64,000 nt of DNA, taken from an uncultured Rikenellaceae bacterium (GTDB lineage Bacteria > Bacteroidota > Bacteroidia > Bacteroidales > VadinHA17). How positions within the stretch are numbered: position 1 is the first letter of the stretch; every line of letters starts with the position of its first letter. The DNA lies in the NCBI GenBank assembly GCA_964638955.1, contig CAZWZQ010000012.1, positions 2,093-66,092 on the forward strand, written 5' to 3'. Shown one piece after another: positions 1 to 10,500 of the stretch. The notes beneath the pieces were generated by a model. That model ran no database searches. It was not told the origin of the DNA and saw nothing but the letters and a program-made list of their open reading frames with translations. The translations under genes and the position numbers were made by a program.

Positions 1-2
1 GA

Positions 3-203
3 AATGATAAAATTGAAGATGCATTGATTTTTCATGGGTGCATTTCGTACCTGGGTATGAGAAATTGTAACCTGCAGCTTAAGGTAAATAATATTTTAAA
101 CCAGGAGTACTTTCACCCGTCAAATCGTTTTAATGGCCGATACAGGCAGCCGCAAAGGACTTTTTCAATAACCGGAACCTATAATTTTAACTGGAAAAAG
201 TAA
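3..203 (+). CDS. C-terminal end of a TonB-dependent receptor-like outer-membrane protein (5' truncated by the window, not in the ORF track)
   Basis: Frame 3 is open from base 3 to TAA at 201-203 and reads ...LQLKVNNILNQEYFHP...YRQPQRTFSITGTYNFNWKK, resembling the TBDR C-terminus (vxNlfxxxY...pgRtf..g.y.F). It lies directly upstream of YfiR. Confidence 0.7.
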   Translation, partial: NDKIEDALIFHGCISYLGMRNCNLQLKVNNILNQEYFHPSNRFNGRYRQPQRTFSITGTYNFNWKK

Positions 204-228
204 TAAATATTTCATCCGAAATTAATAA

Positions 229-807
229 ATGATAATCTGGAAAAGAATGAGGAGCCCCCGTTTTCATAATATTATACAAATAGTTTTCCTGATATTTATT
301 CTGACAGGAGTATTGAGTGAAAAGCAGTCATTCGGTCAGACCAGAGAATCACTGATTAAAGCCGGATATATCGAAAAATTCACACACTTTGTGCAATGGC
401 CTGAAACGAATAACAGTGATTCAAGAAATACATTCACGATAGCACTGATAGGGAAGAACACTTTCGGTTCTGATCTGGAAGATTTATTCATGCGGACTAA
501 AGTAAAGAACAATACGGTTAAGATAACTTATATATCCTCAGTTGATGAAATTGATAATTGCATGATCTTATTTATTTCCGGATCAGAAAAAAACAATCTT
601 GATAATATTCTTAAGTATACAACAGGTAAACCTGTATTGACAATAAGCGATACTAAAGACTTTGGCGAAATGGGAGTAATTATTAACATGTTCCTGGAAG
701 GGAATTATGTCCGCTATGAAATTAACCGGCAGTCCCTGGATAAATCCGGTCTTAAAATAAACAGTTTATTATTAAGCTACGCAGTAATAATCGGATCAAA
801 TGATTAA
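229..807 (+). CDS. YfiR-family (DUF4154) periplasmic protein
   Basis: Signal-like N-terminus; LIKAGYIEKFTHFVQWP, ILFIS, VLTISD, INMFLEGNYVRYEIN and LKINSLLL are YfiR-family motifs. Confidence 0.85.
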   Translation: MIIWKRMRSPRFHNIIQIVFLIFILTGVLSEKQSFGQTRESLIKAGYIEKFTHFVQWPETNNSDSRNTFTIALIGKNTFGSDLEDLFMRTKVKNNTVKITYISSVDEIDNCMILFISGSEKNNLDNILKYTTGKPVLTISDTKDFGEMGVIINMFLEGNYVRYEINRQSLDKSGLKINSLLLSYAVIIGSND

Positions 808-3800
808 TCTGAAGTTCATAAGGAATCTGTCTATTAAGAATAAAATAACGCTGATTATTTTATTTATAGCATTTACAGTGATTACTGTCGGTTTTATTTT
901 AATCTCAGTCTGGGATACTAAAAGGCTGAAAACTGAAATTGAATCTCAATTATCCCTTAATGCAAAATTAGTTGGTGATTACTGCATTGTTCCTCTCGTT
1001 TTTACTGATAATCAGCAGGCATCCATGGCATTATCACGTTTGAAATTTGTTGAATCTGTAGAAGAAGGATACCTCCTCGACGAATATGGATCTGTTTTTT
1101 CTGTTTACCCTGATTCAATTGAAACAGACTCGGCTGATATTCCGGCAGAAAGCAAAAAAGCTGTTTTCAGGGACAATTATTTTTATATAACTGAACCTGT
1201 AAGTTTTGAAGGCCGTAATATAGGGACACTTGTACTTAAAGCAAATTCAAACATGATGAGAGAACAGAATCAAAAGCTCGTGATAATAATGTCATCCGTC
1301 TTTTTTCTTATGCTTGTTATCTCGTTTTTTCTTGCCTCCAGATTACGGAAACTAATTACAACTCCCATTTTAAAGCTGGCAGAAACAACTGCTTCAATTT
1401 CGAAAAATCAGGATTTTACTGTCCGGCTTGAGCAATATGGAACTGATGAAGTGGGAATTCTGTACCAGCAGTTTAATAACTTTCTGTCACAGATTTTGAA
1501 GCGTCAGCAAGAAAGGGACGAAGCTGAAAAGGAGATCGCATTCCTTGCCCAGGTACTGAAAAACATCAATGAATTTGTGAGTATTACAGACCTGGAGAAT
1601 AATATAATTTTTGTAAACCAGGCATGGTCGAAAGTGTTCGGATATACACAGGAAGAGGCGGTTGGTAAAAACATTAAAATGATTGTTTCACATGACAATC
1701 CACCGGAGCTTGTGGCGGATATACTTTCGGCCACCCTAAAAGGCGGCTGGCAGGGGGAGGTGATGAACAGGAAAAAAGACGGTTCCGAGTTTCCGGTAAT
1801 GCTCTTTACTACAATTATTTATGATAATTCCAACAAGCCAAAATCCCTTGTAGGTATCAGTTCAGATATAACCGAGCGTAAAAAGATTGAGAAAGAACTG
1901 AATGAGCATCGCAAACATCTTGAGAAATTGGTAAGTGAACGAACCGAGAAGCTCAAAATTGCCATGGCGGAGACACAGGATCTTTATGATAATGCTCCCT
2001 GCGGCTATCATTCACTTGATAAAGACGGGATAATTATCCGTATAAACAATACAGAACTTAAATGGCTTGGCTACACTCGAGAGGAAGTAATTAATAAGAT
2101 GGGGACAGCGGATTTTATTACACCGGAAAGCAAAGAACTGTTTAAAAAAGTGTTCCCGGAATTCATAAAGAGCGGTGCTGCCAATAATGTGGAATATGAA
2201 TACATACGTAAAGACGGAACAACCTTTTTTGGTTCACTTAATGCAACCTCAGTTCTTGATCAGGAGGGGAATTTTTTGATGAGCCGTTCTACATTATTTG
2301 ATATTACAGATCGTAAGCGTATTGAGGTTGCTCTGAACAAAGCAACTGAAGAAGCTGAAAAAGCAAACAAAGCAAAAAGTGAATTTCTTGCCAATATGAG
2401 TCATGAGATACGTACTCCGATGAATGCAGTTCTGGGTTATACTGAACTATTAAGCTCTTTGATTACTGAACAAACTCAGAAGAATTATATTGAATCAATA
2501 GAATCGAGCGGTCGCAGTCTTTTAATACTGATAAATGATATTCTCGACCTATCAAAAATTGAATCCGGAAAACTTGAACTGCAATATGACTTTGTAGATT
2601 CAAATTTTTTCTTTAAAGAATTCGAAAGGATATTTGCGTTAAAAGCCGCCGAAAAAGGAATAGAGTTAATTGTTGATATCAAATCGGGAACCCCTGCCGG
2701 GATATATATTGATGAACCCAGGCTTCGCCAGATAGTTTTCAACCTCATTGGTAACGCAATTAAATTTACTAATCAGGGCTATGTAAAGCTAAAAGTAAAT
2801 ACTGAGAACTTACAGGTTGTTTCTTACAAAAAAGAAAAGAATGAAGAATTTTTAGATTTATTGATTGAAGTTGAAGATACCGGTATTGGGATATCTAAAG
2901 AAATAATGGAAGAGATCTTTGATCCTTTTATCCAGGCCAGAGACCAAAAAAACATCGGTGGAACAGGTCTGGGACTTGCAATAACCCGCCGGCTTACCAC
3001 TCTTATGAACGGTACCATAAGTCTTAAATCTGAGATGGGAAAAGGTAGCACTTTCACGATAAAGATACCCGATATAGCTTTTAAAAGAGATTTTATAAGC
3101 TCTAAAATAACTGTTCAGATAGACCCTTCCGATATAATATTTGAATCAGCGACAATTCTTGTTGTCGACGATGTTGAACATAACATAAGCTTTATCAGAG
3201 ATACCCTGAAGAATACAAACATAACAGTTGTAGAAGCTGAAGAAGGATTTAAAGCTTTTGACCTGGCAAAAAAAATAATTCCGGATCTGATAATAACTGA
3301 TATCAGGATGCCGAATATGGACGGTTTTGAACTATTAAACAGGCTTAAAGCAATTAAAAAACTTAAAGATATTCCGGTACTGGCATATTCAGCATCGGTT
3401 TTGAAGGATCAGAAAGAAAGGATTCATAATAGTCCATTTTCAGGATTGCTAACAAAGCCTTTAAACATTACAGAGCTTTACCTGGAATTAATAAATCATT
3501 TGCCATATAAGGAGGTCCTGAAAGATAAGCCTGATCTGGAGTCAAAAGATGATGGAAGTGATATTGCAGATCTGCCGGGCCTGATAAGATCCCTTGAGTC
3601 AGAATTCACGAAAACCTGGAAGAGCTTTGAACTAAGACAACCTATCAGCGAAATAAAAAAATTCGGGGAAGAACTGGTTAAACTTGGAACAGATCATAAT
3701 TCGGCGTTGATAATTAAATACGGAAAGGAATTACAAACTGCCGCAGAAAGCTTCAACATTGAGGCAATACTGATGCTTTTAAAACAATACTCTGCACATA

Positions 3801-3826
3801 TAGAAAATCTCAAAACCTTTTTATAA
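800..3826 (+). CDS. Membrane hybrid sensor kinase: TM-CHASE8-like-TM-HAMP-PAS-PAS-HisKA-HATPase-REC-helical tail
   Basis: Two TM helices, HAMP (DEVGILYQQFN), two PAS/PAC ending DITERK/DITDRK, H-box MSHEIRTPMN, N-box NLIGNAIKFT, G-boxes DTGIGI and GTGLGL, REC VVDD...DIRMP...K. Confidence 0.92.
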   Translation: MINLKFIRNLSIKNKITLIILFIAFTVITVGFILISVWDTKRLKTEIESQLSLNAKLVGDYCIVPLVFTDNQQASMALSRLKFVESVEEGYLLDEYGSVFSVYPDSIETDSADIPAESKKAVFRDNYFYITEPVSFEGRNIGTLVLKANSNMMREQNQKLVIIMSSVFFLMLVISFFLASRLRKLITTPILKLAETTASISKNQDFTVRLEQYGTDEVGILYQQFNNFLSQILKRQQERDEAEKEIAFLAQVLKNINEFVSITDLENNIIFVNQAWSKVFGYTQEEAVGKNIKMIVSHDNPPELVADILSATLKGGWQGEVMNRKKDGSEFPVMLFTTIIYDNSNKPKSLVGISSDITERKKIEKELNEHRKHLEKLVSERTEKLKIAMAETQDLYDNAPCGYHSLDKDGIIIRINNTELKWLGYTREEVINKMGTADFITPESKELFKKVFPEFIKSGAANNVEYEYIRKDGTTFFGSLNATSVLDQEGNFLMSRSTLFDITDRKRIEVALNKATEEAEKANKAKSEFLANMSHEIRTPMNAVLGYTELLSSLITEQTQKNYIESIESSGRSLLILINDILDLSKIESGKLELQYDFVDSNFFFKEFERIFALKAAEKGIELIVDIKSGTPAGIYIDEPRLRQIVFNLIGNAIKFTNQGYVKLKVNTENLQVVSYKKEKNEEFLDLLIEVEDTGIGISKEIMEEIFDPFIQARDQKNIGGTGLGLAITRRLTTLMNGTISLKSEMGKGSTFTIKIPDIAFKRDFISSKITVQIDPSDIIFESATILVVDDVEHNISFIRDTLKNTNITVVEAEEGFKAFDLAKKIIPDLIITDIRMPNMDGFELLNRLKAIKKLKDIPVLAYSASVLKDQKERIHNSPFSGLLTKPLNITELYLELINHLPYKEVLKDKPDLESKDDGSDIADLPGLIRSLESEFTKTWKSFELRQPISEIKKFGEELVKLGTDHNSALIIKYGKELQTAAESFNIEAILMLLKQYSAHIENLKTFL

Positions 3827-3835
3827 TACATAATT

Positions 3836-5023
3836 ATGGATACTTACAATAATCCCACACATGTTCCTGTCATTCTGATTGTTGACGATAATCCTCAGAA
3901 CCTGCAGATCCTGGGTAAGCAGCTTCAGGAACAGAATTATGATATTGAATTCGCGATCAATGGACCCGCTGCCCTTGAATGGATTGATATAAAACAGTTC
4001 GACTTAATTTTGCTTGATATTAATATGCCGGAAATGTCAGGTTTTGATGTCTGTAAGAAAATCCGTTCAAATCAGGATATGAATAATGTTCCCATAATAT
4101 TTTTATCGGCCGAAACTGAAAGGGAAAGCATTCTCAGGGGATTTGAACTGGGTGCCCAGGATTATATTACAAAACCTTTCGACAGCAGGGAACTTATTGT
4201 AAGAGTCAAAACGCATATTACACTTAAAGAAACACTCGAAGAGCTTGTAAATCTTAACAGATCGCTTGAGGAAAGAGTTCTTGAAAGAACTAATCAGCTT
4301 AAAGAAGCAAATGATAAACTTGAAGCAATTAACAACAAATTGATCGATCTGGACATGGCGAAAACGGAATTTTTAAGTCTTATAAGTCACGAAATCCGGA
4401 CGCCTCTGAATGGAATTATAGGACCCTTGGAACTGCTCAAAGGACCGATAAATACCAGTGAAATTAGTAATCTGGTCGGAATGCTTGACACTTCTGTCAA
4501 AAGGCTTGAACGCTTTTCACTTGATGCCTTGCTGATAACCAGGCTCAAAACAAAACAAGCAGAAATCAAGAAGGAAAGTATTTCACTTTCAAAACTATTT
4601 AATGAGGTATTGAATGAAAGAAAAGAAGAAATTAAGTTAAAAGGAATAAAAGTCAACATGGAGTTTGACCTGAAGCACGATTTTATTCTTGGCGAGACAG
4701 AACTGGTAAAAAAATCAATCATTAATATTCTGGATAATTCAATCTTTTACTCTCCTGAAAAAGGATCTGTCACAATAAGAACTTATTTAGCTGATGATTT
4801 CAATGTTTTTGAACTTTGTGACCGGGGAAGCGGTTTTACCCCTGAGACAAAAGAACATCTGACTGAATTGTTTACCTATGCTGATAAATTCAGAGACAAT
4901 AGTAAAGGAATCGGATTGCCGATTGTTAAAATGATTATGGAGTCGCACGGAGGAGACATTATACTTGATAACCATCCTGACGGTGGAGCACTGGTGAAGC
5001 TTAAATTTTTAATGAATACTTAA
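3836..5023 (+). CDS. REC-HisKA-HATPase hybrid kinase / response regulator
   Basis: N-terminal REC (IVDDNP, LLDINMP, KPF), H-box SHEIRTPLN, DRGSGF, GIGLPIV. Confidence 0.9.
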   Translation: MDTYNNPTHVPVILIVDDNPQNLQILGKQLQEQNYDIEFAINGPAALEWIDIKQFDLILLDINMPEMSGFDVCKKIRSNQDMNNVPIIFLSAETERESILRGFELGAQDYITKPFDSRELIVRVKTHITLKETLEELVNLNRSLEERVLERTNQLKEANDKLEAINNKLIDLDMAKTEFLSLISHEIRTPLNGIIGPLELLKGPINTSEISNLVGMLDTSVKRLERFSLDALLITRLKTKQAEIKKESISLSKLFNEVLNERKEEIKLKGIKVNMEFDLKHDFILGETELVKKSIINILDNSIFYSPEKGSVTIRTYLADDFNVFELCDRGSGFTPETKEHLTELFTYADKFRDNSKGIGLPIVKMIMESHGGDIILDNHPDGGALVKLKFLMNT

Positions 5024-5069
5024 GACTGAAGACATGAGATTCTATTATTGCTAATCAGTTCTTTTTGTT

Positions 5070-6263
5070 ATGAATCATTTTGAAGTTAATAATTCCACAT
5101 CAATCCTTGTTGTTGATGATAATCCGAAAAATCTTCAGGTTTTAGGAGGACTATTGCAGAAAGAAAGGATGGATGTAGAATTTGCATTGGATGGGAAGAC
5201 TGCTTTAAGCTGGCTTGATAAAAGAAGCTTTGATCTGGTTCTGCTGGATATTATGATGCCCGGGATGGATGGATTTGAGGTCTGTTCTATTATTAAAGAA
5301 AATCCTGTATATAAGGATGTACCTGTAGTTTTTATCACTGCAAAAACAGATTCTGAAAGTATTATTAAGGGTTTTGAGATTGGGGGAGTCGATTATATTA
5401 CGAAACCATTTATTCCAAGTGAACTAATTGCGCGGGTCCGGACTCAGGTACATATAAAAAAGTCAAAAGAGAAAATAATATCATATCTTAATGAAATAGA
5501 GCTGCGGAACAGAAATATCAGAGATAGTATTGAATATGCAGGGAATATTCAAAAAGCAGTTTTGAATACATCCTTATCCAAAATCGGATCTTATCCTGAA
5601 AGCTTTATACTGTATCTTCCAAAAGATATCCTCAGCGGTGATTTCTACTGGTATTATAAAATGGATGACAACTTTATTCTGGCTGTTATGGATTGTACGG
5701 GACATGGTGTTCCGGGCGCACTAATGAGCATTCTCGGAATGACTCTCCTTAATGAAATTGTACTGCATGACAGGATATTCAGATCTGATAAAATCCTTGA
5801 AAATCTGCGAACTAAAATAATAAATACACTGGGGCAGGATCAGGAAAAAATGAGAATAAAAGATGGTATTGAGGGAGCAATAATAGACTTTAATCAGCGT
5901 ACCATGAAACTCAATTATTCAGGAGCTTTCAATCCTCTTCTTTACAATCATAATCACGAAATGGTTGTGATAAGAGCTGATAGAATCCCTATTGGTTATT
6001 ACGAAAAAGAACAAAAATTTACATTGAAAACAATCAATATTGAAAAAGGAGATATAATATATCTATTTTCTGACGGATATATTGATCAATTTGGCGGCTC
6101 GGAGAAAAGAAAAATAATGTCGAAGGGATTGACAGATTTGCTTCAGAAAATTCATAATCTGCCAATGGCTGATCAAAAAACAGAATTATTTGATTTTGTC
6201 AGTCTCTGGAGGGGGGATATGGAACAAACAGATGATATCCTGGTTGTTGGAATCCGTTTCTGA
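5070..6263 (+). CDS. REC-PP2C (SpoIIE/RsbU-like) Ser/Thr phosphatase
   Basis: REC followed by SGDFYW, DCTGHGVPGA, FSDG and DDILVV PP2C motifs. Confidence 0.9.
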   Translation: MNHFEVNNSTSILVVDDNPKNLQVLGGLLQKERMDVEFALDGKTALSWLDKRSFDLVLLDIMMPGMDGFEVCSIIKENPVYKDVPVVFITAKTDSESIIKGFEIGGVDYITKPFIPSELIARVRTQVHIKKSKEKIISYLNEIELRNRNIRDSIEYAGNIQKAVLNTSLSKIGSYPESFILYLPKDILSGDFYWYYKMDDNFILAVMDCTGHGVPGALMSILGMTLLNEIVLHDRIFRSDKILENLRTKIINTLGQDQEKMRIKDGIEGAIIDFNQRTMKLNYSGAFNPLLYNHNHEMVVIRADRIPIGYYEKEQKFTLKTINIEKGDIIYLFSDGYIDQFGGSEKRKIMSKGLTDLLQKIHNLPMADQKTELFDFVSLWRGDMEQTDDILVVGIRF

Positions 6264-6375
6264 TCAGACTATGTTTCCTGCAACCGGATAACTGAAGATT
6301 GAGTAATATTAACTATACCTGTTTGGGTATATTGGATTGAGATAAAGAGTGTTATGTGTATAATCCAAAGTAAGA

Positions 6376-7551
6376 ATGAAAAGTCAGGATGATCAATTGA
6401 AAAGGAAACTTAAAGAGCAGGCAATAGCTGAGGCTACATTACGTCTTAGTGAAGAGAAATACCGTTTCCTGTTTGAGCGGAATCCTGCATCAATGCTGAT
6501 CTATGACCGTAGTACTCTGGCTCTGTTGGCTGTAAATGAGGCATTTCTGAAACAGTATGGATATTCAAATGAAGAAGCATTGTCGTTATCTCTTCCCGAT
6601 TTATATCCCATGGAAGAGAAAGCATCTATTGTTGAACTTGTTGAAAAAATCAAAGAGCACTCCAGTGCAGGTGAATGGCATCACATTAAAAAAGATGGTT
6701 CGATAATAACCATAATAGCAAATTCTAACGATCTGGTTTATCATGGGAAAAAAGCCCGTATTGCTGTCGTAACAGATATTACAGACCGAAAGAAAGCCGA
6801 GGAGGAAATAAAACGGTTGAATCAGGCTCTGGAAGAACGTGTTGCAGAAAGGACAGCCCAACTGATCTCAATAAACAAGGAGCTCGAATCTTACAGTTAC
6901 TCTATTTCACATGATCTGAGAGCCCCTTTAAGGGCAATTCACGGTTTCTCCCAAATCCTTTCAGTCCGGCACAGATTATCACTGAATATGGAAGGACAAC
7001 AGTATATTGATTATATTGTTGAAGCCAGTGTCAGAATGGAACAGCTTATTAACGACCTGCTTGATTATTCCAGGCTCGGACGAAAATCTCTTAAAATACG
7101 CCCGGTTTCGCTTTCTGCCCTGCTTGACAGCATTTACAGCGATTTTAGCAAAAAACTGGAAGAGATTGATGCTAAGCTGTTTATAGAAAACGAATTGCCG
7201 GAAATCCTCGGAGATGATTCCCTGCTCCGTCAGATATTCATTAACCTGATCGAAAACTCCATTACCTACAGACGGACCGGAATTCAATTAGTGATAAAAA
7301 TCGGATGCTCCGGGAATTCTGATAGATATATTGTCTCAATCTCAGATAACGGGATAGGTATTCCTGAGGAGCACTGGGAGAAGATATTTGATATCTTCCA
7401 GCGACTTCATAGCGAAGAAAAATATCCCGGAACAGGAATAGGTTTGGCGACAGTAAAAAAAGCCGTCACTATGCTCAATGGGAAAGTCTGGGTTAATTCC
7501 ATCATCGGCGAAGGAAGTACTTTTTATATCCAGCTACCTGCTAATTTATAA
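6376..7551 (+). CDS. Cytoplasmic PAS histidine kinase (Cph1-like kinase core)
   Basis: One PAS, H-box SISHDLRAPLRAI, IFINLIENSI, DNGIGI, FQRLHS, GTGIGL. Confidence 0.88.
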   Translation: MKSQDDQLKRKLKEQAIAEATLRLSEEKYRFLFERNPASMLIYDRSTLALLAVNEAFLKQYGYSNEEALSLSLPDLYPMEEKASIVELVEKIKEHSSAGEWHHIKKDGSIITIIANSNDLVYHGKKARIAVVTDITDRKKAEEEIKRLNQALEERVAERTAQLISINKELESYSYSISHDLRAPLRAIHGFSQILSVRHRLSLNMEGQQYIDYIVEASVRMEQLINDLLDYSRLGRKSLKIRPVSLSALLDSIYSDFSKKLEEIDAKLFIENELPEILGDDSLLRQIFINLIENSITYRRTGIQLVIKIGCSGNSDRYIVSISDNGIGIPEEHWEKIFDIFQRLHSEEKYPGTGIGLATVKKAVTMLNGKVWVNSIIGEGSTFYIQLPANL

Positions 7552-7575
7552 TTATTAAAAGCAAAAATAATTAAG

Positions 7576-10500
7576 ATGAAAACAAAAATAAAAATTCTTC
7601 ATGTTGATGACAATATACATGACAGAATTCTGGTAAAGGATGCTCTGCTCCGGGAACATGACGGATTTGAGATTACTGAAGCCGATAACAGGGAAAAATT
7701 TGAAAAGCTTCTCGAAAAAGGGAAATTTGATCTGGTACTCAGCGATTTTAATATCCTGGGATTTGACGGATTACAGGTACTGGAAATGGTTAAAGAAAAG
7801 CAACCTGATTTACCGGTGATTATTGTTACCGGTACAGGTTCTGAAGAGGTTGCGATTCAGGCGATGAAAATGGGAGCTTCGGATTATGTAATAAAGTCAG
7901 TTAAACATATCCGGGGTCTGGTCCCCACGATTAATACTGTCCTTGAACATAAAAAAGCTAAGGAAGATCGCAATGAAGCCCTCAAATCTTTGAAGGAAAG
8001 CGAGGAAATGTATCGCTCCATTTATGAAAATTCAAGTGTCGCAATTCTTCTTACCACACCCGACGGAAATATCCTTTCTGCTAATGATTACGCCTGCAGG
8101 CTGTTCGGAAGAACTGAAAGAGAATTATGTCAGGGGAAGAGAGAGGGACTGGTTGATACTGAAGATCCCAGGCTGCAGGTGTTACTGGATGAAAGAACAA
8201 GAACAGGTAAAGCCAGGGGGGAATTGACTTTACGGAAGAAGGATGGTTCAAAATTCCAGTGTGAAGTATCCTCCGTAATTTTCCCGGATAAGGATGGAAA
8301 CAAGAAGACCAGCATGGTGATCCGTGATCTTACTGAACAACATAAAGCAGAGATTGAATTACGCGAAAGTGAAGAATATAATCGTTTGCTCTTCAATACG
8401 TCGCTAATAGGACTGGCTGTAAGCAAAATGGATGGGTCAATGGTTGACATCAACCCGGCATTTGCAAAAATTATAGGCAGGACTATTGAAGAAACATTGA
8501 AGCTCAGCTTTAAGGATATAACCCCGGAAAAATATACAGCAGAAGATGAGAAACAATTAAAAAGCATGGAAAAAACAGGGTATTTCGGAAAGTATGAAAA
8601 GGAATATATTCACAAAGACGGGCATCTTGTTCCGGTTATATTACAGGGGATTATTCTGGAACGTAAAGGTGAACGCTTCATATGGTCAAGCACTGAAGAT
8701 ATTACCGAAAGAAAAAAAGCTGAAATAGCCCTGCAAGAAAGTCAGCGCTTATTTCAGACGCTGGCCCAGGTTTCTCCTGTCGGGATTTTCAGAACCGATT
8801 CCGATGGTAATACTAATTATGTTAATCCGAAATGGGAAGAGCTTTCAGGATTATCGGCAAAGGATGCATCGGGAAATGGCTGGTTGAAAGCGGTACATCC
8901 TGAGGATAGGGAAAAGCTTTCTGAGGCATGGTTAAACAATGTGAAATCCAAAAATGAATCAAGTGCGGAGTACCGCTTTCTAAGACCTGACGGAAGTATA
9001 GTCTGGGTTATTGGTAAAGCTGTGCCGGAATTAACTGGTAATAAAGTAATCGGATATATCGGGACTATTACCGATATTACCGAACGCAAACAGGCGGAAG
9101 AAGATTTAATAGAGAGTGAAAAAAAATACCGGCAACTTGTAATCCATAGTCCTGACGGGATTTTCGTTAATGATTTGTCAGGAAAGTTTATTTCCGTAAA
9201 CAGGTCAATTTGTGAAAATCTGAAGTACACTGAGAAAGAACTTCTTTCAATGAAGATGAAGGATATTATACCTGATCAATGTCATTCTCTTCATAAGCAG
9301 AGATTAATGGCTATCCTGAACGGAGAAGGCACAAATACGTATGCTGAATATGAAGTAACAGGGAAAGATGGAATTCCACACTTCGTGGAGATTATATCTG
9401 TACCATATTATAAAGGAAAGGAAATAATTGGTTTTCAGAGTATTACCCGGGATATAACTGAACGCAAGCTTGCGGAAGAGGAACTGAAAAAGAACCAGTC
9501 CCAGCTTATTAATGCACTCAAGATTGCGCACCTTGGCTCATGGGAATATGATGTGGAAAATGATATCTTTATTTTTAATGATTTATTTTATGAAATTTTC
9601 CGCACTACCGCTGAACAGGTTGGAGGATATACCATGAGCTCGGCAGATTATGCAAAACGCTTTGTCCATCCGGAAGATATAGATATTATTAGAACAGAAA
9701 TCAGTAAGTCTTTTGAAACTGATGATCCGAATTTCAGCCGGCAACTGGAGCACCGAATTATTTATGCTGACGGGGAGACAGGTTATATTAATGTCCGGAT
9801 TTTCGTCGTAAAAGATGAAACGGGAAAAACTGTGAGAACTTATGGAGTAAACCAGGATATAACTGAACGCAAGCGGATAGAAGCTGAGCTTATTAAAGCT
9901 ACTGAATTGATGAAACTTGCAAAGGAAAAAGCCGAAGCCAGCGATAGACTTAAAACTACATTCCTGAACAATATCTCCCATGAGGTTCGTACACCTCTGA
10001 ACGGTATCCTGGGCTTTGCTGAAATAATGTCTCAGACTGGCCTTTCTGAAGAAGAAAAAAACCTGTCGCGTTCAATGCTTTTAGAAAGCAGTGACCGTCT
10101 GCTGACTACCATTACAAACTATATGGATATATCATTGATAACTTCGGGTAGCATTATTGTGAACAGGAAAGATTTTGTCCCCGGGCAGATTATGAAGGAG
10201 CTTTTTGGAAAATATAATACAATATGCTCAGGCAGAAATATTGAATTATTGTTAAAATCACCTGAACATTCCGACAATTTATCAATCAACTCAGATCCAG
10301 AGATTTTAAATAAAATAATATCTCAGTTGCTGAGCAACGCAATAAAGTATACAGAGAAAGGGAGTATTCAATATGGGTTTACAATCCGGGAAAATGAACT
10401 TGAGTTTTTTGTGAAAGATACCGGCATTGGAATAGGTAAAGAATCGTTTAAAAGTATATTCGAACATTTTATCAAGGAAGATCGCGGACCTTTAAAGATC

